Positions 43,104 to 51,325 of a stretch of DNA of 64,000 nt are shown in pieces. The stretch spans positions 19,640 to 83,639 of the forward strand of contig JAFZWI010000002.1 in assembly GCA_017617355.1 (NCBI GenBank). Direction: 5' to 3'. Positions within the stretch are counted from its first letter, which is position 1, and each line of letters opens with the position of its first letter. A program made the position numbers and the translations under genes. This DNA comes from Salinivirgaceae bacterium (GTDB lineage Bacteria > Bacteroidota > Bacteroidia > Bacteroidales > SZUA-534). The notes under the pieces are model-generated. The model was not told where the DNA came from. It saw only the letters and a program-made list of their open reading frames with translations, and ran no database searches.

Positions 43104-43691
43104 ATGAAACGATTGATTACACCGAAAGAGCGCCGGTCATACGACGAGGTGCTGGAGTTCGTCCAAGCGTTTGTTGACTACTACTACGACGATGAGCCGG
43201 TTGAACCCACCGAAGAAACCGACGCGCACCGGCTGGCAAGGTTTTTACCCGACTTAAAAGGGTTGTTTGAGAAAATGCAGAAGCGGCTGAATCTGGTGAT
43301 TTTCGAAGAACGCGAAAAGGCATTAGCCGAGGGCTGCCAGTTGAGCCAAACCGAATTGAAGGACAAAATCTTTATGGCGGCTAAAGAAGCGCGAGAATCA
43401 GTCAACCCCAACTACAAGTACGCCGTTGTTGACATCGGTTTAGAAAGAGAGTGCTGGCTTACCGACGATATTGACGCGGCTATGCGTAAGGCTCACACAC
43501 TGGCCATTGTTTATGACGGTTTCTACTACGTGCTTAAAATCTTCAAGGCAAAAGACAACTCCTATCAAACTATGATTGAGGGTTGCTATGAAAGAAACGG
43601 CGGCTATATGGATAGGCACGGCGACAATTATCTGCACTTTGATTTTATAGCCCGAAAACTTGGCGATGAGAACATACACAAAATTCAATAA
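43104..43691 (+). CDS. hypothetical early protein
   Basis: Start at MKRLITPKE with the GACACTATG context. Confidence 0.55.
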   Translation: MKRLITPKERRSYDEVLEFVQAFVDYYYDDEPVEPTEETDAHRLARFLPDLKGLFEKMQKRLNLVIFEEREKALAEGCQLSQTELKDKIFMAAKEARESVNPNYKYAVVDIGLERECWLTDDIDAAMRKAHTLAIVYDGFYYVLKIFKAKDNSYQTMIEGCYERNGGYMDRHGDNYLHFDFIARKLGDENIHKIQ

Positions 43692-43714
43692 CGCATTAAA
43701 ACACAAGACAATTT

Positions 43715-43957
43715 ATGGAAGCGCAAATGTTTTTATTGAAGATAATTGCCCGGCTGGGATTCTTCACAACAGTTTATGAAAGCGGCAAAAAAATGTCAAT
43801 CATATCAAGCGGCAAGTTGTTTGAGCTTGAGTTTGATGAAGATGGGCAATTTGCCGAAGGCCGCATATATGTAGAAAAGCGCGGCAAAGAACATCTTGAT
43901 AGGACTATAACCGACCCTTTTGAAATGGTCGATGAAATCGCTTACAGCAAAAAATAA
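43715..43957 (+). CDS. hypothetical early protein
   Basis: 80-aa ORF in the array. Confidence 0.5.
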   Translation: MEAQMFLLKIIARLGFFTTVYESGKKMSIISSGKLFELEFDEDGQFAEGRIYVEKRGKEHLDRTITDPFEMVDEIAYSKK

Positions 43958-43962
43958 AAGCT

Positions 43963-44166
43963 ATGGACACACAACAATTTATCAGTAAAGTATGCGCTAT
44001 GCGGAAATACCAAAAGGAGTTTTTCAAAACGCACGACGCAACGGCGCTTCGCCAGTCGAAAGCGCTGGAAAAAGAGGTTGACGATATGATTGCCCAAAAC
44101 GCGGCCACCCTGCGCCAGCAGCCACGCCAGCCCAAACAACAATCGCTTTTTCATTGGGAATGTTAA
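43963..44166 (+). CDS. hypothetical early protein
   Basis: 67-aa ORF with the AAAGCTATG context. Confidence 0.5.
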   Translation: MDTQQFISKVCAMRKYQKEFFKTHDATALRQSKALEKEVDDMIAQNAATLRQQPRQPKQQSLFHWEC

Positions 44167-44178
44167 AATCACAAGGTT

Positions 44179-44583
44179 ATGAAATGTAAAAAGACACACC
44201 AACAATGCCCGTATGCGCTGCCTATTTGTGCGCAAGACGGCTGGCGATTCATTGGCTGCACCTTTCCACCATACAAAGGCAAGCCCGTTGACGAGATTGG
44301 CGAATGTCCGAAGCTGCTGGAGCAGAAGATGAGCAACACGGATATTGACAAGTATATGGCCGATTTATACCATTTGGCGCGAAACGGCAAAGATATAAGC
44401 AAGTCTTTGAGCGATTTGTTCTGCCGCGCCATAAAAGCCAGCAGAGTAAATCTTGCCGACGGAACACACAAAATAAGCATTGAGCTGTCGGGTACGATAA
44501 GCATTGAAATTACCGCCAAAGACGAGGACATTGACGTTAAGATAACTGACGATACAACTCAATTCAAAATTTTAAACCACTAA
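44179..44583 (+). CDS. hypothetical protein with a Cys-rich N-terminus
   Basis: 134 aa with MKCKKTHQQCPYALPICAQDGWRFIGC...ECPKL. Confidence 0.55.
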   Translation: MKCKKTHQQCPYALPICAQDGWRFIGCTFPPYKGKPVDEIGECPKLLEQKMSNTDIDKYMADLYHLARNGKDISKSLSDLFCRAIKASRVNLADGTHKISIELSGTISIEITAKDEDIDVKITDDTTQFKILNH

Positions 44584-44596
44584 AATACAAAGAATT

Positions 44597-44986
44597 ATGA
44601 AAACAAAAGATTTAATGATTGGTAATTATGTAACCGACCAAAAAGGCAAGCCGGTAAGGGTTGCCAGCATAAACAGCAAAGGAATAACCTACGGAAACGG
44701 CAATATGATGCACTTTCTTTCCGACAAGGAAATGGGCGAATTGCCGTTGACAACCACAATCGTAGAGAAGAACGGCGACATTTTCCTGCGCTCGGACAAT
44801 GGCTCTTATGTGATTGACGGCGTGGCCGATTTGAGGCTGCAAATAAGCGGCCAAATGTGGCATATTGGCTTGATAACCTTTGAAAGCGGAACACAACACT
44901 TTCTGCCGTTTTACAGCTTTACATCAGTCCACCAGTTGCAGAACGCGCTGGGGCTGTTGAACATCGACAAAGAAATTGAATTATAA
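44597..44986 (+). CDS. hypothetical early protein
   Basis: 129-aa ORF. Confidence 0.55.
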   Translation: MKTKDLMIGNYVTDQKGKPVRVASINSKGITYGNGNMMHFLSDKEMGELPLTTTIVEKNGDIFLRSDNGSYVIDGVADLRLQISGQMWHIGLITFESGTQHFLPFYSFTSVHQLQNALGLLNIDKEIEL

Positions 44987-45005
44987 ATACTTAACACACA
45001 AAACA

Positions 45006-45527
45006 ATGATTGATAAATTACGCAAAATCAAAGAATTGGCCGAGCGCGGAGTAGGCGGCGAAGCCGAAGCCGCAAAACGGATATTAGCCTCACTGCAAAG
45101 CAAGTATAGCATATCGGACGAAGAACTGACCGGCAAGGAGCTGCCCGACATATTCTTTTTTGCCGCTGGCGATTACGGACAGCTGTTTGTGCAGATTGCT
45201 TTATCAGTGTGCACCGCACCGATTTACAATGTTTCAAAAATGCCGAAGAGAGAAAAAAAACTTAGAGGCTGCGAAAACGCGAATGTGGCGGTTAAATGTC
45301 TGCCGTCGGAGTTTAAGCTGATTAAGGCAATGTTTGAGGTGTATTCGGACGAATACCGCAAGCAATTCGCGAATTGGGAATATGCATTTTACAGCGTCAA
45401 CGGGTTGTTGGTGAAAGCCGCCGAGGGTAAAAAATCGAAAGACAGCGACCTATTGAACGCCGAGCAAATCGCCAAATTTGAGTATGGAATCAACAAAACG
45501 AACTTTCACAAAATGCTTCAAGAATGA
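45006..45527 (+). CDS. DUF2786-like protein
   Basis: MIDKLRKIKELAERGVGGEAEAAKRILASLQSKYSISDEEL resembles the DUF2786 N-terminal helix pair. Confidence 0.45.
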   Translation: MIDKLRKIKELAERGVGGEAEAAKRILASLQSKYSISDEELTGKELPDIFFFAAGDYGQLFVQIALSVCTAPIYNVSKMPKREKKLRGCENANVAVKCLPSEFKLIKAMFEVYSDEYRKQFANWEYAFYSVNGLLVKAAEGKKSKDSDLLNAEQIAKFEYGINKTNFHKMLQE

Positions 45528-46102
45528 AAAAGATAATGTTCAATGACCGCTACGGCCTAACTGAAGCTGTGCTGCAAGGCCGCAAGACAATGACGCGGCG
45601 AGTAATAGACGGCGCGAAGTTGCACTGGTTGCAAATGCAGTATGGAAACAATACGTTAGACTGGCTTCGGCACGTACCATACATACCGAATACAAACGTT
45701 GCTGTTGCACAGTCGTACAAGACCATATACTGTTTTGAGCCGTACCAAAGGTTGACCGAAGAATATAGTCAGTGGTTTCTTCGGCAAAAAGGGCTTACCG
45801 GCTCAAAAGGCTGGAAAAACAAAATGTTTGTCAAGGCCGAATTTATGCCGCACCAAATTCGCATAACCGACGCGAGAGTAGAACGCTTGCAGGATATTAG
45901 CGACGAAGATTGTATGAATGAAGGAATAGAAGAACATTTGAAGGGCGTGCAGTACGGCTACCCTGCGGTTGTATGGTGCGGACAATTTCCCTTTTCAACA
46001 CCAAAAGCCGCCTACGCCGCCCTTATCGACAAGATAAGCGGCAAAGGCACTTGGGAGCGCAACGATTATGTTTGGGTGTATGATTTTGAACTGATTAAAT
46101 GA
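45524..46102 (+). CDS. ASCH/PUA-like domain protein
   Basis: MFNDRYGLTEAVLQGRKTMTRRVI fits the pattern (l...ai..G.KT.TRR) common in phage ASCH-type proteins. Confidence 0.4.
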   Translation: MKKIMFNDRYGLTEAVLQGRKTMTRRVIDGAKLHWLQMQYGNNTLDWLRHVPYIPNTNVAVAQSYKTIYCFEPYQRLTEEYSQWFLRQKGLTGSKGWKNKMFVKAEFMPHQIRITDARVERLQDISDEDCMNEGIEEHLKGVQYGYPAVVWCGQFPFSTPKAAYAALIDKISGKGTWERNDYVWVYDFELIK

Positions 46103-46109
46103 TTGAGTT

Positions 46110-46340
46110 ATGATAAATTTCTTTGGCGGCTATCCGCTTTTTATACCCTCTCCGCGCTACACGCCTAAACCAGACTTTCATCGGGCATCGCGCGAGCCGG
46201 TATTATGGAAGCGCAAAACGTGTAAAACGTGCGAGTGTTTATATCATAATCACTGTCCGCATTGCAAAGATGTGTTTGGCCTCTACATAATCAAGCCCAA
46301 ACACGCTGCTTGCAGATATTATCAACCTAAAAACAAATAA
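46110..46340 (+). CDS. small Cys-rich protein (paralogue family)
   Basis: REPVLWKRKTCKTCECLYHNHCPHCKD...AACRYYQPKNK. Confidence 0.6.
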   Translation: MINFFGGYPLFIPSPRYTPKPDFHRASREPVLWKRKTCKTCECLYHNHCPHCKDVFGLYIIKPKHAACRYYQPKNK

Positions 46341-46343
46341 GTT

Positions 46344-46577
46344 ATGAGTATGAAAGATTTTTTAGGCACAATAGCCTCGTCGCTTTTCGGGTCAGCGGTC
46401 AACCGCGAACCAGTGCTTTATGGCGTACCACCGCGCCGTCCAGTCGAACCGCAGCCGGTATGGACGCGCAAAAAGTGTAAGAGCTGCCGATTGTTCGGGG
46501 AATTTTGCAGCGAATCCAACCCTCAAGCAGCCGCTTGCTGTGAGTATAAGTCCAAAAACAAGTCTAAAAACAAGTAA
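46344..46577 (+). CDS. small Cys-rich protein (paralogue family)
   Basis: REPVLYG...WTRKKCKSCRLFGEFC...AAACCEYKSKNKSKNK. Confidence 0.6.
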   Translation: MSMKDFLGTIASSLFGSAVNREPVLYGVPPRRPVEPQPVWTRKKCKSCRLFGEFCSESNPQAAACCEYKSKNKSKNK

Positions 46578-46580
46578 GTT

Positions 46581-46919
46581 ATGCAAACTATTGAACAAGC
46601 GGCGCAACAATACGCCGACAACATTTGTAAATATGATTCAAGCAACATTTTCAGCAAGTATGCCCGAAATGAGTGCTACACTGCTTTTTTGGCCGGTGCG
46701 GAATGGCAATCGCGGCAAGCACAGCCGAAAAAGCAGGACGAGCGAAAGACAATCAAGTTTTCCGTAAACTGCAAAGTGTATAGTTATGGTATGGGCTGTT
46801 ATCGCGAACAAGTTTTGATCAGCTTTAGCGAAGAACCAACAATCGAAGAAATTGTTGCAGAATCGGAACGAAAATTGGAACACCGTAATTCCGCGATAGA
46901 ATCAATCACAAGAATCTAA
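46581..46919 (+). CDS. hypothetical protein (F-x-x-G-A-E-W family)
   Basis: IEQAAQQYADN...YTAFLAGAEWQSRQ. Related N-terminal patterns occur in 47306, 47572 and 47831. Confidence 0.55.
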   Translation: MQTIEQAAQQYADNICKYDSSNIFSKYARNECYTAFLAGAEWQSRQAQPKKQDERKTIKFSVNCKVYSYGMGCYREQVLISFSEEPTIEEIVAESERKLEHRNSAIESITRI

Positions 46920-46932
46920 CCCCGAATCAGTT

Positions 46933-47199
46933 ATGGGAAAGACAAGTTATATACGAGGAATGGCCGAAGTGGTTTTCGGCGGCTCAATACGAATTAGCGG
47001 CGCGACAATGAACGGTAGGCAGGTGCTATGCTTTACCGAGATGGAGCAACAACTGGAGTGTGGGACGGAAATACCGCAAGCCGAATTTGATAAACCACCG
47101 CGTCCGCAAGTTGTGTTGGCGTTTGACAGCATCAAGTCAGTCAACGTACTACGTACCGCGCTGGATATGGTAGAAGAACATTTGAACCACAAGAGCTGA
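46933..47199 (+). CDS. hypothetical early protein
   Basis: 88-aa ORF. Confidence 0.5.
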   Translation: MGKTSYIRGMAEVVFGGSIRISGATMNGRQVLCFTEMEQQLECGTEIPQAEFDKPPRPQVVLAFDSIKSVNVLRTALDMVEEHLNHKS

Positions 47200-47202
47200 A
47201 TT

Positions 47203-47301
47203 ATGGATATTATCTATGTTATTCTTGCGGCAAAAATCATCATCGCGCTTATCGCTATGTGTTTCATACACTTGATAAATAACAAAGAACAAAAGGAGTA
47301 A
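47203..47301 (+). CDS. small (32 aa) membrane ORF
   Basis: Hand-translated: MDIIYVILAAKIIIALIAMCFIHLINNKEQKE. Confidence 0.35.
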   Translation: MDIIYVILAAKIIIALIAMCFIHLINNKEQKE

Positions 47302-47305
47302 GACT

Positions 47306-47560
47306 ATGACACTACAACAAAAAGCAGAGGCAGAAGCAAGAAAATACCACAAGGAAAAATACAACTGTGATGGTGTTTGCCCCGACTTTATAAAAGGAAC
47401 GGAATGGGCAAAAGAACAATACGAAAAGAAATTCGACGAGGCCATAAAATTGGCGCACGAAGCCCTAAAGGGGACAAACGGCAACCATCACACAACCGAT
47501 TGTCTAAACGGCAACGATTGGGCTGAAAAAATATTTGATTTTTTTTATCACGAATTTTAA
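47306..47560 (+). CDS. hypothetical early protein
   Basis: 84 aa with DFIKGTEWAKEQ. Confidence 0.5.
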   Translation: MTLQQKAEAEARKYHKEKYNCDGVCPDFIKGTEWAKEQYEKKFDEAIKLAHEALKGTNGNHHTTDCLNGNDWAEKIFDFFYHEF

Positions 47561-47571
47561 TGCAAGGAGTT

Positions 47572-47850
47572 ATGGAAACAAAAATATCAAACGAAGAAAA
47601 AGCAAGGGAAATAATGATTGAAACAGAGTGTTCCGACTATATGTGTGCATCTGCAATGACTGAATGTGCATTAAAAGCAATGCAATGGAAAGACGAGCAA
47701 TCGGCGATAAAACAAGACACCGCAATAGCGTGTATTTTTTCATTTTTCAAATTGCAGGGTAATACTGATGAGCAGATAAACAACTTTATTGCGGCAATAG
47801 AAACACAAATCGAAAAAAATATGGAGAAATATGAAAACACAAACAAATGA
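47572..47850 (+). CDS. hypothetical early protein
   Basis: Start at METKISNEEKA, with ECALKAMQWKDEQ. Confidence 0.5.
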   Translation: METKISNEEKAREIMIETECSDYMCASAMTECALKAMQWKDEQSAIKQDTAIACIFSFFKLQGNTDEQINNFIAAIETQIEKNMEKYENTNK

Positions 47851-48061
47851 GCAGGAAGCAAAAAACATTGCGTCAATACTTTCGATTGATATAGAAACAC
47901 TACACGAAAAAAGTTGCTATCTCGGTGCAAGAGAAATGGGAAAACGGAAAAACAAACAGTTTGTGCAATTTCTTAACAAGCTGAAATTGCAAAGCACCAT
48001 ATACCGCGTTTTTGAATTGATTGAGAGCAAAATAAACGAATTGAGCAATGAAGAAGATTAA
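47831..48061 (+). CDS. hypothetical early protein
   Basis: 76-aa ORF overlapping the upstream gene by 20 nt. Confidence 0.45.
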   Translation: MKTQTNEQEAKNIASILSIDIETLHEKSCYLGAREMGKRKNKQFVQFLNKLKLQSTIYRVFELIESKINELSNEED

Positions 48062-48404
48062 ACTACCGCGTAGGCTGAAAAAAGGCAGATACCGAATTGC
48101 CAACTGGCAGAAGCCCACAAAAGCGCAACTGCGATTGAGGAACGACAATTCAAAAGCGAACAAGACGCTCCGTTGGCTGAAAATGGAGTATTTGAGCAAG
48201 AGTTGTAACGAATCGCCATACCGGGTGTATGAATCGCTTGGCGGCTGTGTAACGCTTGAAGATTTGGCCGGCTGGGAAGAAATGAACGCGCTTCTGCCGC
48301 TGGAACGCCGCCGCTGGAAGATTATTGAGGGATATACTGCCGCGCTGTTTAACGGCCACACTGTCGAGGAATTGCCCGGAGTTATCGGCGCTTATGATAT
48401 GTGA
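48048..48404 (+). CDS. hypothetical basic protein
   Basis: 118-aa ORF with the basic N-terminus KKIKLPRRLKKGRYR. Confidence 0.5.
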   Translation: MKKIKLPRRLKKGRYRIANWQKPTKAQLRLRNDNSKANKTLRWLKMEYLSKSCNESPYRVYESLGGCVTLEDLAGWEEMNALLPLERRRWKIIEGYTAALFNGHTVEELPGVIGAYDM

Positions 48405-48440
48405 TTTTTTGATATATTTGCGGAGAAATATTAAACGTGT

Positions 48441-48773
48441 ATGGGGAATATTGCTTTGTTGATTTTGGGCTATCTAATTGCCACATTACCCGAAGATATA
48501 AGGGATAATCGGCTACACGTTCATATTTATCGAATAACCAAACGAAGCAAAAAGGGCAAAGGCGATTGTGTCTGCAAAATTTGGATAGAGAAAAACGGAG
48601 AGAAGGATTTTGAAGTGGCTTATAATAGAGGAATCAAAAGCCAAGATTTGAATGAGATAATATTGTTTTTAGATAGAAATTACCAAACAGTGAAAAATGA
48701 GATTAAAAAATCATTGTCGGGTCAAAAAACAACTTTAATACAAGACGAATTATGTGTAAAAATCCGAAAGTAA
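48441..48773 (+). CDS. DUF4160-like protein
   Basis: 110 aa with RLHVHIY...KIWIEKNGE, paired with a DUF2442-like ORF. AT-rich. Confidence 0.5.
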   Translation: MGNIALLILGYLIATLPEDIRDNRLHVHIYRITKRSKKGKGDCVCKIWIEKNGEKDFEVAYNRGIKSQDLNEIILFLDRNYQTVKNEIKKSLSGQKTTLIQDELCVKIRK

Positions 48774-48988
48774 AAGCAGCGATTGATAAAATTGCATTTG
48801 AGAAAAGAGGCTATATGTCAATTTATCTTGAAGATGGACGCTATCTTGCTGTGCCAATTAAAAACTACCCCGATTTGAAAGAGATACCATATCGGCTGCG
48901 TGATAATTGGACTATTCTTGACGGGCAATACTTTACATTTTTAGGGCAATCCCAAATATTTAGCATAACAGAATTTTTAAACGCATAA
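48752..48988 (+). CDS. DUF2442-like protein
   Basis: 78 aa with MSIYLEDGRYLAVPIKNYPDLKEIPYRLRDNWTILDGQY, matching the DUF2442 pattern (l.v.l.DGr...vpl..yP.L......r..w.i.g.G). Confidence 0.5.
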   Translation: MCKNPKVKAAIDKIAFEKRGYMSIYLEDGRYLAVPIKNYPDLKEIPYRLRDNWTILDGQYFTFLGQSQIFSITEFLNA

Positions 48989-49116
48989 TCCCGAAAAGGC
49001 ACTTTAATTTAGGACAGAGCCGCCGTTAGGCCACGCGCCCAAGCCCGACGGCAAGCCGCAAGGCAAGGCAGACGGCGCACTTGATTATGCTGGTGTGTTC
49101 AGCCGTCCAGCAATAA

Positions 49117-49150
49117 CCGTCCGAAACGAACACGCAGGACGGTTTTTTTT
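49117..49150 (+). terminator. intrinsic terminator closing the early array
   Basis: Stem CCGTCC (49117..49122) / GGACGG (49137..49142), followed by TTTTTTTT. Confidence 0.7.
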
Positions 49151-49178
49151 ATTTTGTAGTGAACGTTCACTACAAAAT
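49151..49178. promoter_or_regulatory. perfect 28-bp palindrome (operator-like)
   Basis: ATTTTGTAGTGAAC|GTTCACTACAAAAT read directly. It abuts the terminator T-run. Confidence 0.6.
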
Positions 49179-49213
49179 CGCATATAAACGCAACTACCTA
49201 ATAATCAGCCAGT

Positions 49214-49266
49214 CCCCAAAATTCCCCAAATTTTCCCAAACCGTACCCCAAAATTCCCCAATTTGT
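49214..49266. repeat. CCCCAAAATT-type direct repeats upstream of the 49.5-kb operon
   Basis: CCCCAAAATTCCCCAAATTTTCCCAAA, then CCCCAAAATTCCCCAATTTG. GTAACGGTTAC and two copies of GGTTACA follow. Confidence 0.8.
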
Positions 49267-49503
49267 AACGGTTACAGCACTGGTTACACGCACGATTTTT
49301 TTATTCCAGTTTGTATCATTCCAAAAAACATTTACATTGTAACCGCGTAATGTTCTGAAAATCAGTTGTTTGTTGTTGTAATTTGTTGCGGTTTCCCGTA
49401 CTTTGTTGCGGTTTGTTGTAGCATAAAACACCACCGCCAATTTTCAGTTTTTACGCCCAGCGCGGCAAAATCCGCGTTTTGGAACGGATTTAAATGTTTT
49501 TTG

Positions 49504-51303
49504 ATGATGGAAAACGGACAATTAGGCGGCAACTACGATACTTTTTTCGACGAGAAAGACCCTCAATGGAATTTGACCGCCGATGATATAAAACTTATCG
49601 ACGCGCTGCAACAACAATACAATGAGGCTATCCCCAACAACGATTCGCAACGCAACCGCCGCAACGCGCAGTTAGCCTATTTCTATGTCAAATTTTTGAA
49701 TGGCCAGCCCGACGCGGTAACAAAAGCGTTTTTTTCAAGTATTCGCCGCCACGCCGGAAATGGGGAAAAGATAAAAATGTATATCGTTCCCGAATACGCG
49801 ACTTACGACCGCATTGCAGAGTATTTATATCACAACCCGATAACCAAGAACATTGTCCGCAAATATGTACCCGATTTAAAAGGGTTGCCATCGTCAATCA
49901 AAGCAATGTTTAAATTTTTGATTGAGCTGTATAAGCAGCGCAAAACCGCCGCAGCCGACCCAACCCAGCCAGCCGAAGCCGCCCCCGAAAAAACGACCCT
50001 CGATTTTGCGAAGCATTTGGCCAAGCTCTACGCCGACGGCCAAAAGCTCGATTTTGTGAAAGCAAAATCAATCAGCAAACAAGGCGGCTACAATTTCACC
50101 GACAACGACCTTATGCAAGCCTGCGAGTTGGGCGTGGTGCTGGCGGCGCGTTCCATTGCGCAAGACGGCGACGGCAGAATACAAGACCGTTTCCCCCGAC
50201 TTGTTGACCTTTACGCCCGACAAACAAGGATAACAACGAAAGACCAAATCGGCGAATCGTTGCAGCAATACTCAACACCCTGCCCGATAGCCTATTTGCT
50301 TGATATGTGGGTGCGCCAAACAATGATTGGCCAAACACGGCATTTCTACGAACCAACCGCCGGAAATGGTTTGCTCACAATCGGACTGCCACTCGACGCG
50401 ACCGAGGTTAACGAAATCGACCCACCGCGTTATAAGAACCTTTTGCAGCAGGGCTTTTGCCGAGTAACCAACTACGACGCGGCTGCTGGCAAGATAACCA
50501 CCGCCGACCCGAAGAATTGCCCGATTAGCGGCGTGGTTATGAATCCACCGTTTGCACCGCTTGAAAACCGCAAAGACTGGCTTGTGCGTAAAGGCGAGAT
50601 TGACGGACGCGGCGAATTGTCGTATGAGATAACACGCCTCGACCACAAGATAGCTATCCTCGCGCTTGAAACAATGGTAGCCAAAGGCCGTGCGGCAATC
50701 ATTGTTGGCGGCAAAATGGCCGCGAAATACGCCGAGTATAAAGATGTGTATTGGAAAAACGGCTCGATTTTCGGCGCGTGGCGCACGTTCATCAGCTATC
50801 TGCACCGCCAGTACAACATTGTCGATGTAATCTACATTAACGGCGACCTTTACGCTAAACAAGGCACAACATTCCCGATTGTGGTAATCTTGATTGACGG
50901 ACGCACCCGATGGAACAGTGAGCTTACCCACCAGTGGCACAAATACGATGCGGCAAAGGACGCGCAAATCAGCACTTTCAACGAGTTCTACTTGCGTATG
51001 CTCCAGCACCTTGAAATGGGCGAACCGAAAACCGACCCCGACCGAGAGAAACGGCTGGCAGAGGCAAAGAAAAAAGCCAGTTGGCTTCTGCACTATGTAA
51101 GTTTCAATATGCCGTGCAGATACGACAAGGGCGACAAGTTTTTGTTCAAATCGCCAGCCGTGCCAAAGGGCGAAGTGCTTGAGGTTGAATTTGGTTGGCA
51201 CGGCGAATCGGGCAATGGCGCTATTGTTTACCACTGCAAGACGAAAAAAGGCACATCAACCGCCTCGGAAGAAACATTGGACGCTTGCGAGAAATTGAAT
51301 TGA
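49504..51303 (+). CDS. N6-adenine DNA methyltransferase module with an N-terminal unknown domain and a C-terminal small beta domain
   Basis: The motif order QQYSTP (X), FYEPTAGNG (I), VVMNPPFAP (IV) is gamma-class. First ATG at 49504 (the track ORF starts at a non-ATG codon at 49366). The C-terminus carries REKRLAEAKKKASWLLHY plus an SH3-like tail. Confidence 0.8.
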   Translation: MMENGQLGGNYDTFFDEKDPQWNLTADDIKLIDALQQQYNEAIPNNDSQRNRRNAQLAYFYVKFLNGQPDAVTKAFFSSIRRHAGNGEKIKMYIVPEYATYDRIAEYLYHNPITKNIVRKYVPDLKGLPSSIKAMFKFLIELYKQRKTAAADPTQPAEAAPEKTTLDFAKHLAKLYADGQKLDFVKAKSISKQGGYNFTDNDLMQACELGVVLAARSIAQDGDGRIQDRFPRLVDLYARQTRITTKDQIGESLQQYSTPCPIAYLLDMWVRQTMIGQTRHFYEPTAGNGLLTIGLPLDATEVNEIDPPRYKNLLQQGFCRVTNYDAAAGKITTADPKNCPISGVVMNPPFAPLENRKDWLVRKGEIDGRGELSYEITRLDHKIAILALETMVAKGRAAIIVGGKMAAKYAEYKDVYWKNGSIFGAWRTFISYLHRQYNIVDVIYINGDLYAKQGTTFPIVVILIDGRTRWNSELTHQWHKYDAAKDAQISTFNEFYLRMLQHLEMGEPKTDPDREKRLAEAKKKASWLLHYVSFNMPCRYDKGDKFLFKSPAVPKGEVLEVEFGWHGESGNGAIVYHCKTKKGTSTASEETLDACEKLN

Positions 51304-51325
51304 CAACAATCTAAAAATCAACAAT

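Noticed and set aside
49001-49116. GC-rich about 100-nt stretch after the DUF2442-like gene as a possible small RNA
   Set aside because: I could find only short GCCGTC-type repeats and no convincing fold. It may simply be the 3' UTR leading into the terminator at 49117.
50272-51234. 320-aa minus-strand ORF inside the methyltransferase gene; likewise 55201..55863 and other minus-strand ORFs inside the helicase
   Set aside because: The plus-strand frames carry canonical methyltransferase and helicase motifs. The antisense ORFs have none, and they would break a tightly packed operon.
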